Assembly: GCF_018350175.1 (NCBI RefSeq) | Contig: NC_058383.1 | Span: 5,644,001-5,708,000 of the forward strand | Length of the DNA: 64,000 nucleotides | Origin: Felis catus | Taxonomy: Eukaryota | Direction: 5' to 3' | In this document: piece by piece, positions 1 to 13,000 of the stretch | Numbering within the stretch: position 1 is the stretch's first letter | How the letters are laid out: every line of letters starts with the position of its first letter | The notes under the pieces: generated by a model | The model's input: the letters and a program-made list of their open reading frames with translations, nothing else | What the model was told of the DNA's origin: nothing | Database searches by the model: none | Program-made: the position numbers and the translations under genes

Positions 1-473
1 CTTGCTGAACTTTTGAACTTAAACCGTGAGTCCGGCTTTGAGAAAAGACGACAGAATGGGGCAAAGTAGCCGCAAGACCCATAAGCCATTTTCTTGGGGC
101 GAGGGGCAGTGCCCCTGTGCTGTCTGGGGACACCCAGGGCCTCATGGGTTCAGCTTCCCTGGAAGGCTCCAGGCTCTAGGTTCCCTTTCTGGAAAGACAG
201 GAGGCAGAGGGGGAGAGGGACAGGCCGGAGAGGCAGGGATGAAGGGGCCCCCACCCCACTCCATGGCCCTCCTCGCAGACAGGGACACCGAGGGAGCGTC
301 CATAAAGCTTCACATTTCTGGGCTGGTTCAGCCAGCGCCTCCGAGGTGGCTGTGACCTCGGGCCAGCTTCCCTCAAGGATCCACATCCAAGAACGGCTCA
401 GACAGGAAGGCTCACATCATCCTTGATCCTTCACACCTGCATGAAGCCTCCTTCCAGGTGAGAGGAGACAACC

Positions 474-635
474 TCAGCAGCGGACCAGGCTGGGGGCCTC
501 CTGCGGGACGCCGGCCACCCCTGAGGGTGCACCGGGGAGGCCCCGCTCCCCACTGCATTCGGCAGCTCTCTCCTGGGACCTGCCCCTGAGGGCTCTGGTG
601 GCATTGGCTCGGACGGAGATGTGATCCCAGCCCCC
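474..635 (-). CDS. TECPR1: TECPR1 last coding exon (TGA at 476-474; 3' UTR continues toward and probably past position 1)
   Basis: GGWDHISVRANATRA...SLVRC*. Confidence 0.93.
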   Translation of the reverse strand, partial: GGWDHISVRANATRALRGRSQERAAECSGERGLPGAPSGVAGVPQEAPSLVRC

Positions 636-3600
636 CTGGAAGGAGAGAGCCTCGTCACCCGTGCTGCCGGGGGCCCAGGGGAGAGCCCAGGAGATCAAGG
701 ACCCCGGAGGGGCTGTGTCCGGGGCCTCCCACCAGCCCCGGCGCCAGGTTCCAGCGCACACGGTGTGACCACGCAGCCCCAGGCCAGCCTTGCTCACCCC
801 AATGCCGTAGTCCCAGCCTTGCCCCTTGGGCTCTCGAGGCTGTACCCCTGTGCGATGACATACGGTCCCCCGGCTCAGGCTATGGCTCCCCTGGACCTTG
901 TTGGCGATAACCCAGACCTGGAACGCAGACCCGTTGAAGCCCGGCCCCCAGCTCCGGTGGGACTGTGGGGATGGCAACAGGGAGAGCAGAGCAAGGACCC
1001 GGAGCACCCCAAACCCGCCCTGGGCCTCGCCACCCCCACCCCAGGCACCCAGACCTGGTCCAGGGGCCCCACGGACACTTGGCGCACGTTGTTGGACACA
1101 TGCTCCCAGCTGGAGCCCTGCGGGTAGCTGGGCGTCACCCCCTGGCGATACCACAGGTTTCCTGGGGAGAGAAGGGCCCAGAACGTTGGAATGGGGCCGG
1201 AGACGGAGGGGGCCGGACCACACTTCCGGGGGCTCCTGCGTCCCCAGAGAGAAAGCAGCTCAGGCCGGAGCCGGCTCTGCCCTCTCCACGCTGCCCTCCA
1301 CCTGAGCCGCATGATCGTCCCGCTGTGCCGGGCTGGCACCGTCGCGCTCTCTCTACGCATGAGAAACTGAGGACAAGGAATTCTTTAAACAAATACAGAG
1401 AACAGGGCCTGGGCACAAAGCCCTGGTTCCAGTCCTGACTCTGCCCTCTCTTCACCTTGCTTTGCGACAACAGCCGCAGAGCAGAAAAGGGAACTGGCGA
1501 GATCCCTGTCCGAGGTGGCACAGGTAGGTGACCTCCGCCGGCCCCGAGCTGCCCGCGGGACTCCCGCGTGGCAGGCCCGAGTGGTACCCTCTAGGAGACG
1601 CTCCCAGCAGCCACGCGGCATTGCCTGGCCTCGGCCCCACGCCCTCTGCTAAGGCCCAGGCAGCCCTGACCAGCCTGCGTGGCTCGTGAGACGGACTCAT
1701 TCGGAGGCTGATCTCAGGCTGATGGCCCCTCGTGGTGGCTTAGCGAGGTCTTATGTCAGGGACCGGGGCTGGTGAGGGTCTCATCCCACTGCGGTAGCTC
1801 AGGGAACCCCTAATCTCCCCTGGTGGTCACTGAGGATCAGAAACAACTTGCCGTTTTCATCCAAGGCATACACTGACGTCTGCCCCACGGACACCTGCTT
1901 CAGTCTCTGCTTGGGGGGGGACGGGATGTGGTACCAGCAGTCACCTGCAGCGAGCGCGAGGTCGGACTCAGGATGTAGCTGGGAGACTCCGATCCTGCCC
2001 ACGAGCTCGTAGACCGTGTGACCCCACCCCCTGCGGCTCACAGGGTCAAGGCAGGTGTGGCTGGCCTCCGTCCCCAGGCCAGCCAGGTCACACATGTGTG
2101 ACGGGCCTGGCGTGAGCTGAGGGCCAATAGAGCGAGCCCCCCAGCGTCCCACTCCGCCCGGGGCCCTCGGAGCCTGTGGCGGCTTCCAGACCGTGGGGTC
2201 CAAGGGGCCCATCTCAGAGTAGGGACACCAAGGAGCCCAGCCTGGCACGTGGTGGCCGGCCTGTCCCGGGGCCACCACGCACAACCACCACACAGGCCCC
2301 CTGTCCTCGTGTGGATGGCGGCAACGTGCAGGCTGCCACCCCTCTGTAGGACCGCCTCGGGGCCAGCCTCCTCCATGCCAGACACTGTCTAGACAGCCAG
2401 CCAAGAGCAAGCCAGCCTGGCCTGCGCTCCCAGAGGGTCCCCTGGGTAGTTCCCTGTGCAGGGGGATGCAGGGCTGTCCTGAAGGGCAGGATGCGTGAAG
2501 GGCCCACAACCAGCAATGGCCGGGGAAGGGGGCTGAGGCTGGTGAAGGGCAGCTGTGAGGGACTGTCCCACTCCCTGGGCGAGAGTCCCCATCTGTCCTG
2601 GGAGGAGGGGGCATGGCCTCTGGTGACAGTCCTGGCTTGGCCCCCGCACCTGGTCCCCAGGCAGCACTCAGTTGAACTGAACGTTAGGGGACCCATCTTC
2701 CTTCCCCCAGAATCGCAAGCACGTGCGGCCTCACCCCGACCAAACCCTGGCCGCCTCTCGTCCCCACGCACAACCGGTGGGGATCATTCTAGGGGGACAG
2801 CACTCACCGGCCGGCTGGGCAGGGGACACGGAGCCCCGGTAGAAGGCGGAGCCATCCCTGGCCACGGCCCACACCTGGTGGCAGGCCCCGATGGAGACAG
2901 AAGTGAAAGGCTGGTCAGTGCCCACGTGCAGCCAGGAGGAGCCCTGGAGATGGGAGCCAGAGGGGACACTGAGGGCTGCCCGGGCCTAACCTCTGCCCCT
3001 CCCCCTGCCCAAGGTCCCAGGTGAACTGGCAGCTCCTCAGGCCAACCTCAGCCTCAGCTCCCACTGCCCAGGGAACCTAGTGACCCCTAGGGCCACATCC
3101 TGGGGCCGCCGGTCCCCGGGACTGTCCTGGGCAGGCCCCTGGAGGCCTGAGCCCAGCCGGACTTTGGTCCAGAGTTCTATTTTGCGAAGAATCCGCCAGA
3201 ACCCCCAGAAGGGCCCAAGGGCTGGCAGGTGAGGCAGGGTGCTCACCGCGGGGTTGAGCTCAGACACACCCAGACGACACAGCACATCCCCCTTGTCACT
3301 GATGGCCCAGAGGGCGATGCTGTGCCCACTTCTGTTGGCGCCTGGGCTCTCCGGGATGATGGACACATCCGCAAGGGCAAGAGGGCCCACCTCCAGCCAA
3401 GGCCCACTGGTCACCAGCTTGCACTTTCTGCAGTGGGAGACGTCAGAGCCCTCGGTCTGATGCTGCAGGAAGCTCCCCTTCTGCCCACCCGGCCTCTGGG
3501 GCCCCTGAGGGGAGGGCCGCGACCACCCCCAGGGCCCACATGGGCACCCCTTTCCGCTGGGCAGGAATGAGGGGCCTGGAGAGGCCCCGCCCCACCCTGC

Positions 3601-3992
3601 CCTGCCCCCAGCCAGGCCTCCCATCCCCGACCTGCCTGTCCTGCTGGGAGCAGAATCTGCCAGTGACATTTCTCTTGTTTGTTCTTGAAAACAAACTCTT
3701 CAGAAACCAGAGAGCAGTTGGGAGCCCAAGGGCATTTCCTGGGCTGACATTTACTTTGATTCTGTTTCCCTCCCACCCTCTCTCTCCCTGGCGGCGGCTT
3801 TTCTTCCAAGGGGACTGGTGAGGGGGGGACCTGTAGGCGGGGACGAAGCCACGCCTCCCAGTTACCACTTTACCTAGCCCAGCACCTTCTCCTCACAAAA
3901 TCCTTCATGGTTTTGTACCCGTGGTACGAGCTGCAAGAGGAAGAAGCCCAAATCAAGACCACGTTGTGCAAGTTTCCAGAAAGTGACAATAC

Positions 3993-4030
<38 letters not shown>

Positions 4031-7000
4031 CTTTTTCCGCCCGTTAAAGGGCGGAGCCTGTGAGCCACGGCGTGAGCTCAACAGGCAGCAGGTATCACAG
4101 GACAGGAGGCTGATCCGTGACGCCTCCAGCTCGGCTGGGGTCTCTGGGGTTCAGGTCTCTCTGGGGTCAAGGTCCACGGGCCAGGATGTGGCAGCTGCCG
4201 GACCAGGGGGCTCTGAGTCCTCCTCACCACTGGGCCCACCAGAGCCCTTCTGGGGAACAGACGAGCTGAGGCCAAGAGGAGGGTCAGTCCAGGAGGCTCA
4301 GATGTGGCTGGAGGGGATGCCTGCGGGTTCGCCTGCCCCTGATGCCTGCCTGGTCGGCCCCGAGCCTGGTCCTGCTCAGAAGCCCTGGCTTGGGCTCCCA
4401 CTGCTCCGCCTTCCACTTGGATGTGACTTATGCACTGCAAAGGGCCTGCCGCCCACCAGTGCCACGTACCCACTGGCCACCAGGCCCCCCCCCCCCACGC
4501 CCCCGCTTTGCAAACTTGTCATCCACATCTCCCTTTGCCTCTCACGACCGCACTGGCCTCACTCCACCCTTTGTTCAAGCTGCCCCTTCACCTGATACCT
4601 TCCTCCTGCCGCCCCCACCCATCACCGGGTCCCTGGCTGGCCCTCCCGGAACAGATGAGCTGGGGGCTTAGGGAGCCAGGACGGCCCTCCCTGAGTCTAT
4701 CTGCTGAACCAAGTGACCGGCCCCAAACCCTGCTGGCAGCTGAGGGGGGCATCCAGGGGTCTGCTCCTCGGCCACGCCCTGGGGCTTGTGGGGGCCGGAG
4801 TGACCCAGGACAGCAGGGCAGGGGTGCTGCGTGGCAGAGAGACGCTTACGCAGGGAAGTCACTGGCATACTGCCAGCCCTCCTGGTCGGTGCCCCCAGGA
4901 ACGCTGAAGTCCACAGCCCAGTCAGAAACCTGCGGGGAGAGGCGGGTCAGCACAGGCGGCCCCCGGCCCCGGCCCCGGCCCCGGCCCCGGCCCCGGCCCG
5001 GAGCTCACCCAGCTCCACTGCAGGGACGGGGGCTTCGTGCTGGCCTTGGTGCGTTCCTGCAGCCCCGAGGCGTCGCTCCACATGTACCGGTCGGTGGGCA
5101 GACCCCTGTGTGGACAACAGGCGTGGTGGGGTCACATGAAGAGGAGAGAACGGCCAGCACCAGCTGGTGGCAGACAAGACGGGAGCTCCTGGGACATCTG
5201 CGTCGGAAGGGGTGAGGGGCAAAAACAGGGCTGCCCCAGGGCAGGATCTGCCCGAGGGCTGCGGTGCACTGTGGTCTGGGAGCCCACGTCTTCCCCCAAG
5301 AGATGTCACAGCCCCAGTACCTGTGAGCGAGAGGTGATCAAGTTGGCATAAGGTCACTAGGGTGGGCCCTAAACCAACATGACAGTGTCCTTACTGAGTT
5401 CAAACTTCCCGAATTGGGAAGGCGATGTGAACACAGCAGGGACATTACCACAAACCGAGGGATGCCCGTGGCTCCAGGCTGGGAGGCTGGGAGCAGATCT
5501 TCCCTTGAGGCCCCCGGGATTAAGTGGCCCTGCCCGCACCTTGATTCCAGACCGACCCGCCAGCCTCCAGAACTGGGGGAGAGTCAACGTCCACTGTTTA
5601 AACTGCCCAGCGTGTCGTGCTTGGTGACGGCAGCTGAGCCGACCCAGACAGAGTGACAAGGGCACACGGTGGTGTCAGGCAGCTGGCCGTGAGGCTCAGG
5701 GGGCGGGAGCCGTGGCCCTCAGTGCGCACGGTGCCGCCCCGTCCCGCTTCCTAAGGACCGAGGAGGAAGGGGGGACGCTACCCACAGCCCATGCGGGGGT
5801 TTCCAGGACGTATTTGGGCCACGGGTATCAACTGCCTTAGAAAAAGCACACGCCCCGGTTTGCTGGGGTGGACAGAGAAACTCCCAAGTATTTACACACA
5901 AGGAAATCCCTCGAGCCGCTTGTACAACACCGTGATCTACCTGTCCTTGATCTACCTGTCACGCGCGATCTACCTGTCCGAGGCTGAGCGGAGGGTAGAT
6001 GTTGAGCTGGGTCGCCCTTGGGTATCGATCGGTGGGGCCATCACCATCTTTACGTTCCCGCCGAGACTGTGGCTGAGGCTTACCTGCTGGAGTAGCCGGT
6101 GACGGGGTTCCAGCGCTGGTTCTCGTAGATGTAGACGCATTTCACGTCTGACTGTGTGTAGATGTTGCTGGTGCTGCTGGCCAGGCCTGGGGGGAGAGGA
6201 GGCTGACGGATGGGGACTCAGGCTTCCGTCAGAAGCACTGAAAGGGGCAGAGGAAGGGCGGGGAGGGCCAGCAGAGAGGGGCTCACCGGGCTGCGGAGCG
6301 GATGTCCCAGGGGCTGGCCTGGGTTTCTCTCCCCATGATTATTCTGGGCTGTACACCCTCCAGGAGAACAACGTGAGGCACACTCAACCTCCCGCCCATG
6401 CCACCTTCTAGCTCTGGTCTTGGTCCCCCCCTTCTCTCCCTGTCTTTCCACTTAACCAGGCACCAGGCAGGTGGGGGGCCCCACCAGCTCCTTCTTTACT
6501 AATACTAAGACTCACATAACGTCTGTGAACCCCAATTTCCTCATGTGTAAAAATGGGGACAAACGTTAATTTCTGCCTCACAAATCAGGGTGCTGTTAAG
6601 CCTGGGAATGTGAAACTCCTGTGGTCTCAGGGGACCACAGCTGCTTCTACGGGACTGGCCACCCCTCACTGCAGGGCATGCGGGCTGTGGCATGGAATTT
6701 TCCACCTGAGGGTTTGCTTCCCGCCTCATCTCCCAGAACCAGACACAAGGCCCTTGCTTCCCAGAACTGGGATGGGGGCGGGCAATAGGAGTTCAGCAAG
6801 CTCTCATGCCCTAAGGCACGACTCACCCATCCAGGGGCTAGAATTCTGAGACCCAGGCCCCAGGGCTGCCCCCAGTGTACCCTGAGGCCTCGTCTGTGAA
6901 ATGAGGGGTGAAGGCAGCTGCCTTTCTAGAACCTTCAAGGACCCCGGCTCAACTGTGGGTGCAGGACCGAGGCAAGGTCTGGTCTTCAGCTCTCACACCT

Positions 7001-10000
7001 CATGGGTTGGCCACGGGACCATCCTTTGTGGAAGCTGGTGGCCGTGGTGAAGGTCACCCGTCAGCCAGCTGCCAGCGGAGAGTCAACACCGGGACAGTGG
7101 CTCCGGTGTGGGGTGGGGAAGCCAGATGGGCGGGGAGGGGACGGGCCGGGAAGGCCCGGGGAGCTGGGCACCCTCACCTTGGAAGCAGCTGCCGCCGCCC
7201 GTGTAGACCCAGGCCGTGTGGTCGTAGCCGATGCCCCACACCACACCCTGGCCGTTGGCTTCCACCACCCGTAGGTGACCTCCCATCTGACGCCAGAACC
7301 TGGGAGCGAGGGGAGAGGGCAGGGAGAAGCGTGTCCCGGTGGCCTTGGCAGCCTCCTCCCCCTGCAGCCGTTTGCTCGGTCGCCTGCCTCGAATATCCCG
7401 TTTTTATTCATCTTCAATCCCCAAGTGGTGGACTTCCTGAGGGACGATGGCACCTGCCTGGTTTCCATTCGGTAGTGATCAGAGCTAACTCAGCCCCAGA
7501 GTCAGCAGGGCGGGGACCAAGCCAGCAGCCCTCATGTGACATGCCCCCTGGGGGCCTGGGACGGACATCTCATGGCAGAAAGCAGGGTCATCTCATCAGG
7601 ATGAGCCACGACACGGGCCAGCACACTGAGGTGACCTCCCGGGTGGGCAAAGTACAGGCTGCTACCTGGGTCACCCTCCTGTGGGTCCATGTCCTGCTAC
7701 TGTCACTGGAGGCAGTGTGACTTGTTCCTCCGGGTGCAACACACAGGGCCTCCAAGAACGGAGGACCAAAGGTGGACAGACTCGTCCACTCTCCCCTCTC
7801 GAGCAGGGCCTCCTGGCCTCACCTACATTGGGCTCGGGGCCACCTAGAGGGGGCCCTAGGTCAGTGCGGGGAGCTAGGTACCCCCTGCTTCCCCACCTCA
7901 AATTCCGGGTGCCCCAGAACGGTGCCACCACCGCCCCCCCGTGGACGACCTGGTTCCGTCTCCTGGTTTTGAATGCCACCTACACCTGCCTGAGCCCTGC
8001 CAAGTTTCCAGTCCCCCTCGGGGTCCTCGAACAGGCCCAGGAAGACTCGAGACCTGGGAGCCAGACTGCGGTTCCCGCCCTGTTGGGCGGTGGGCGGTGG
8101 GAGGCGAGGCCAGGGCGCGGCTGACTGACTCACATCTGGTCGCAGGGCAGCACGTGCTCGGGGGCCTCCAGGTTCGGGCTGGGCTCGCTCACGAAGATGT
8201 CCCCCTTGCAGGTGATGGACCAGATGGCCTGTGGGGAGGGGCGGCCGTGGACCCTCCGGCTCTCACAGCAGGACAGGTTAAGCAGGGCAAGCTGGTGTGG
8301 GGAGACGGTGGGTCACTGTCGGGAGGGGGGCGGCCGGCAGGCCGAGGCCGGGCTTCCCCGAGACCGCTGCCCGCTGAGCCCGGACCATCGTCCGTGTAAC
8401 CACTCACCCAGTCGTTCATGTCCTGCTCGGTGGCGGCGGCCAGACGCACAGGCCACCTCTGCCGGGTCCTCTCGGGGGTGTAAAGGGCGAAGGAGTGCTT
8501 GGTCTCGTTGAGCACGGGGACCAGCACGGTCACCTCATTGAGGAACACATGGATGTACTGTTCACAGAGGGTGGAGGGCGGGGCTGTCACCAGGGCACGG
8601 TGGCCCCGTGGGGCTGGGGGCACAGCGGACCTTCGGGCGGAGCCCCTGCCGCGGCGGACGGACCGGGGTGGTCTGGGTCACGGGTCACCCCTGATTCCAC
8701 AGAGCCAGTCCCAGAGGCCCCCAGGGCCTGTGGGGTTTTAGCGGTGGGCTCTGGGACCAAGCAAGTTCTGCACGGAGGCCTAGTTCACGAGCAACCACAT
8801 TAGTTACATTCTCCGTGTCCACAGGACCACCCTCGGCCCTGGCTGACTGGGTTCAAACCCCAGTCCTCGGAGGGCTGAGCGGCTCCACCTCTGAGACTGA
8901 TTTCTCCTCTGAAATGCCAGGGGCTGCCGGCGGCTCAGTGAGGCTGCAGCAGGGGGGGCCTCCACCCCTGCCCCCCACTGCCGGGGCTGCTGTCACCACG
9001 GGCTGGACACACCCCCCCCTGCCGAGCACCTGGGGGGCCTGGGTCCTGGTCCCCGGTGTGCCCTTCTCACGGGACCCCCCACGCACCTTCTTCTCCTCGT
9101 GGACCACATAGTAGATGAAAAGGATGCTGTCCCGAGCCCCGTCGAGCCCCGTGAACTGCTCCAGGGCCACGCGGACGTCCACCCACTTGTGAGGCTTCCA
9201 GTCACACCACCACTGCAGGGCCCCCGTCTTCACCCACACCGACTGCGGCATGGGCCCCCAGCGCATGGGACAGAGTCACAAGCGGGCCCCGCGTGCACTC
9301 AGCTCCCCGACCTCCCGCAGTGACGGAGATGGTGCTCTCGTACCCCCGACAGGTGCTGAGCCCATAAGCCAGGGTCGTCTATGCACAACCTCCTCGTTCT
9401 CAAACAGCCTGTGGCGGGGGGGGGGGGGGGCAGTGGCAGCGGGCACTGTTACCTCACGCTCTAGACGGGGAAGCTGAGGCTCGGGAAGGTGCTGTGCCTC
9501 ACCCAGTGTCACAAAGCTTGTCGACTGCCCACCTGCTCACCTGCTCCACCGCCTGCTCGTAGTGCCGGAAGTTCTCCAGCTCCCGCTTGGTCCTTTCCGT
9601 GAGCTGCTGGAAGATCTGCTTCCGCCAGGCAGCGGTCTGGGCCGGCGTGATGGACAGGGACAGCGTCTGCATCGAGGGGGACAGGCCTGCAGGCCAGCGG
9701 AGCCTCAGAGCCAGGGCTTCTGTTTTTGTTTTTAACCAGCCTTTTCTGGCTGGAGAGCTATGAGCTCTGTAAAATGCCCCACAAGGGCGTGTGGGGGGGC
9801 TCGGTCGCTTGGGCGTCCCACCCTTGATTTCAGCTCAGGTCATGATCCCAGGGTTGTGGGACCGAGCCCCGCCTGTAAAAGGCCACCACTGCCAGGGCAG
9901 GGAGAGGGGAAGGGGCGCCCTGCCCCGCTGGTCTCCGAAAGCTGCTGACAGGCCGGCTGGACCAGAGGGGGCGTCCAGGCAGGACATCGGGTCGGCTCCC

Positions 10001-13000
10001 CCAGCACGGAACACCCTCTGGGGCGCTCGGCCCCCGGACACCTGTGCTCACCCGACTGGACGGTGAACCACTTGAGCACAGTGTGGGCCTCCACGGCGCA
10101 GTCTCCTCCTGACACCCAGGCCCAGAGGGGGTGGTCATCGGCCCCGTAGGGCTCCTCCAAGCCCAGCGGGAGGAGCCCCAGCGAGGAGAGGCCAGTGGTC
10201 TCTGGAAAGCCAGCAGCCGAGCGGCCGGGTGCTCTCCTGGGCTCCTTCAGGTCAATATTGGTCCAGGGCAGTTCGGCCAGGGTGGAGGCCGGGCCAGGGC
10301 AAGGCTCAAGCCCCGGGGTCTGAATGGCAGGGCCAGCGGCCTCCTCCTCGCCGGGCTCTGTGGCCCTGCCGGTGCCTGAGCCCGGGGCCAAGCTGTCCCT
10401 GGGCTTCCCGGGACTGTCTCCAGACTCTGCAGGGCCAGGCCGGTCTGGACCTGGTCTCTCGGCTTCTGAGGAGGCGTCCGTGTCGCTCGGTGCACAGGAC
10501 TCACCACTGCCCCTCACCTCGTCGCCGAAGAAGCAGCCGGCACTGGGAACAAAAAGGGCAGACCCGTGACCCCTTCGAGGGAGGAACACGCGCTGCCGTG
10601 GGCAGGCCTGGCTCGTCCGCCGTGACCCCGGGCGAGCCACAGCCACGCCGCCACGCGCCACACACGAACAGCTACCTCCCACGGAACTGGAGCAGCCAGG
10701 TCACATCCCAGGTCGATCAAATCATTGGCAGTCCTATTACTTTCTCACTGTGGCAAAGGACCTGTGACAGAAAACTGACCGTCTCAAATGATGCGGCATG
10801 CAATCCACGTGCAATGTCGTGCGACCACGACTACCTAGTGCCAGAACTCTGTCGTCACCCCCACACAGAAAGCCCGTACCCATTAAGGAGCCGCACTCCA
10901 TACTCCTCTTTCCCTGCCCAAACCTCCAGGTTTAGGTAGAAACGGTATCATACAACACGCGATCTTTTGCGACTGGCCTCTCTCGCTTAGCACGATGATG
11001 TCACTGCTCACCCGCGTCGCGGCACCAATCAGTACCACATCCCTTTTACTGCTGAAAAATATCCTGCTGTAGGGATAGGCCACATCTTATTCCTTTATTC
11101 GTGGATGGACTTTGGAGTTGTTTTCACCTTTCTTCTGTCGCGAATAACGCTTCTATAAACATTCACATCCGAATTTTTGTTTGAACCGTTTCCAGTTCTT
11201 CTGGGTGTATGTCGAGGAGGGTGAGTGCTGGGCCACACGGGAATTCTAGCTTTAACTTCTTGAGCAACTGCCAGACTATTTTCCAGGCAGCCACACCATT
11301 CTCTCCACATCTTGTCAACACCTGTTACCCCTTTCTTTTTTGACTGTAGCCCTCCCGGTGGGTGGGAAGGGGCATCTCACTTTGGGTTCTGATTTGCATT
11401 TCCCTGGTGACAAATGACGCCGGGCATCTTTTTCTGTGTGCTTTGGAGAAACACCTATTCGGGTCCCTTGCCCTTTTTAAACTGAGTTGTCTTGTGGTTA
11501 GTTCTAAGAGTTCTTTATATATTCTAGATGCTAGGTTCTTGTCAAACGTATGATTTGCAAATATTTCCTCCCACTCTGTGGATGGTCTCTTCCCTTTCCT
11601 GGTAGTATCCTTTGATGCACAAAGGGTTTTCATTTTCATGAAATTCTGGTTGATCTATTTTTTTTTTTTCCTTTGGGTTCTGTGGTTTCTGGTCACATTA
11701 AAGAAGCCATTGCCAGACCCTAGGTTGGGCGTCTGTAGTTTTGAAAGCTTCTCAGCTGATTCCAATATTTAAGAGCTACCAGCTGAGAGCCTAAACCCTC
11801 AGGTAAATGAGGAAGGCGCAGCCCGGCCGGTCTCCCGGCCCTCTCAGCAGAGTGAGGACGGCCATGCTGGGGGAGCAAAGGGGTGTGGACCAGGGTCTGG
11901 GCAGGGCCCACGCTGCAGACAGGAATGTGGCCAGCTGTGGAGCACTGTACCAAGGGTTCCCGTGCCATAGGACCAGGCAGGTAAGCACTGCGGGCAATCG
12001 TGTTACGGAGCCCAGGCGTCCCCAGCTGAGCTGCTAAGTCATCTGCCGGCACTGAACGCCAGAGGCCAGAGCTGGGACTCATCCCCTCTCTACCCCCGTG
12101 GCCCTCAAAACTGTAGCAGCGGCAAGCCTGGGACCTTGTGTCTAACGCAAAATCTACTGAAACAGAAGCCCGGGGGCTGGGGCCTGGCCATCTGGGTGGG
12201 AACAAGGCCTCCAGGCATTTCTGGTGCCCGCCCAAGTTTGAGAGCCCTGCTGTAGACTGGAGAGAGCCCCAGTCTTCTTCCCTGTGGTCCTCTGACGGAG
12301 GGGTCTTTGCCTGCACCCCACGAAGAAGTCGTTTCTGTCCGAGACCTTGAGACTTTGGAACCAGTGGATCAGCCCTGTTCAGGGCCGACCCCTGGCTCCA
12401 ACATGGACAACCTCACCCACCTGCCACCTCCCGCAAGCCTGCTCCCATGCGCCACCCTCGGGCTGAGCAGGGGCACTGGGAGCAGGAAGGAGGAGACCTC
12501 ACAGGCCTTGGCTCTTGTGGGCCGAACCTGGTTCTTCCCTGCCTGGGACAAGGCCCAGCACCCCACTGAGAGGCCACCGACGGCCCTTCCCCACCCGACC
12601 TCTCCATGCCCTGCTGCCCTTGGGATCACCTGAGGAGACTTGATGAGCTACCAGAGTGTGACCGGTCACACTCTCGGCTGGCGACGATGGCCTTCCATGT
12701 TTTCCCACTGAGCTCGCTCTGGGTGACACCCTGACGGAAGTATATGGCCCGGTCCTCACAGCCAATGCCCCACACCTGGCAGAGAGAGGGACTGCTGGGT
12801 GGGAGGCCAGCACAGACCCTTTCTGGGGTGTGAGGGGAGGGCAAGGAGTAGGGGACAGCACCCTAAGGCTGGAGGACATGTCTGCAAATGCAGGCAGGAG
12901 CCCCCGGCCTTATGCGCGGTCGGGTGCGCATGTGCACATGAGTGTTAGGGCCCGGAGGACGATGGGGTGGATGTGGGGTGTGTGCACAAGTCAGACACAG

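Noticed and set aside
11095..11639. ORFs resembling a reverse-transcriptase-associated protein
   Set aside because: Fragmented ancient L1 ORF2 C terminus, not an intact element or a new retro-system.
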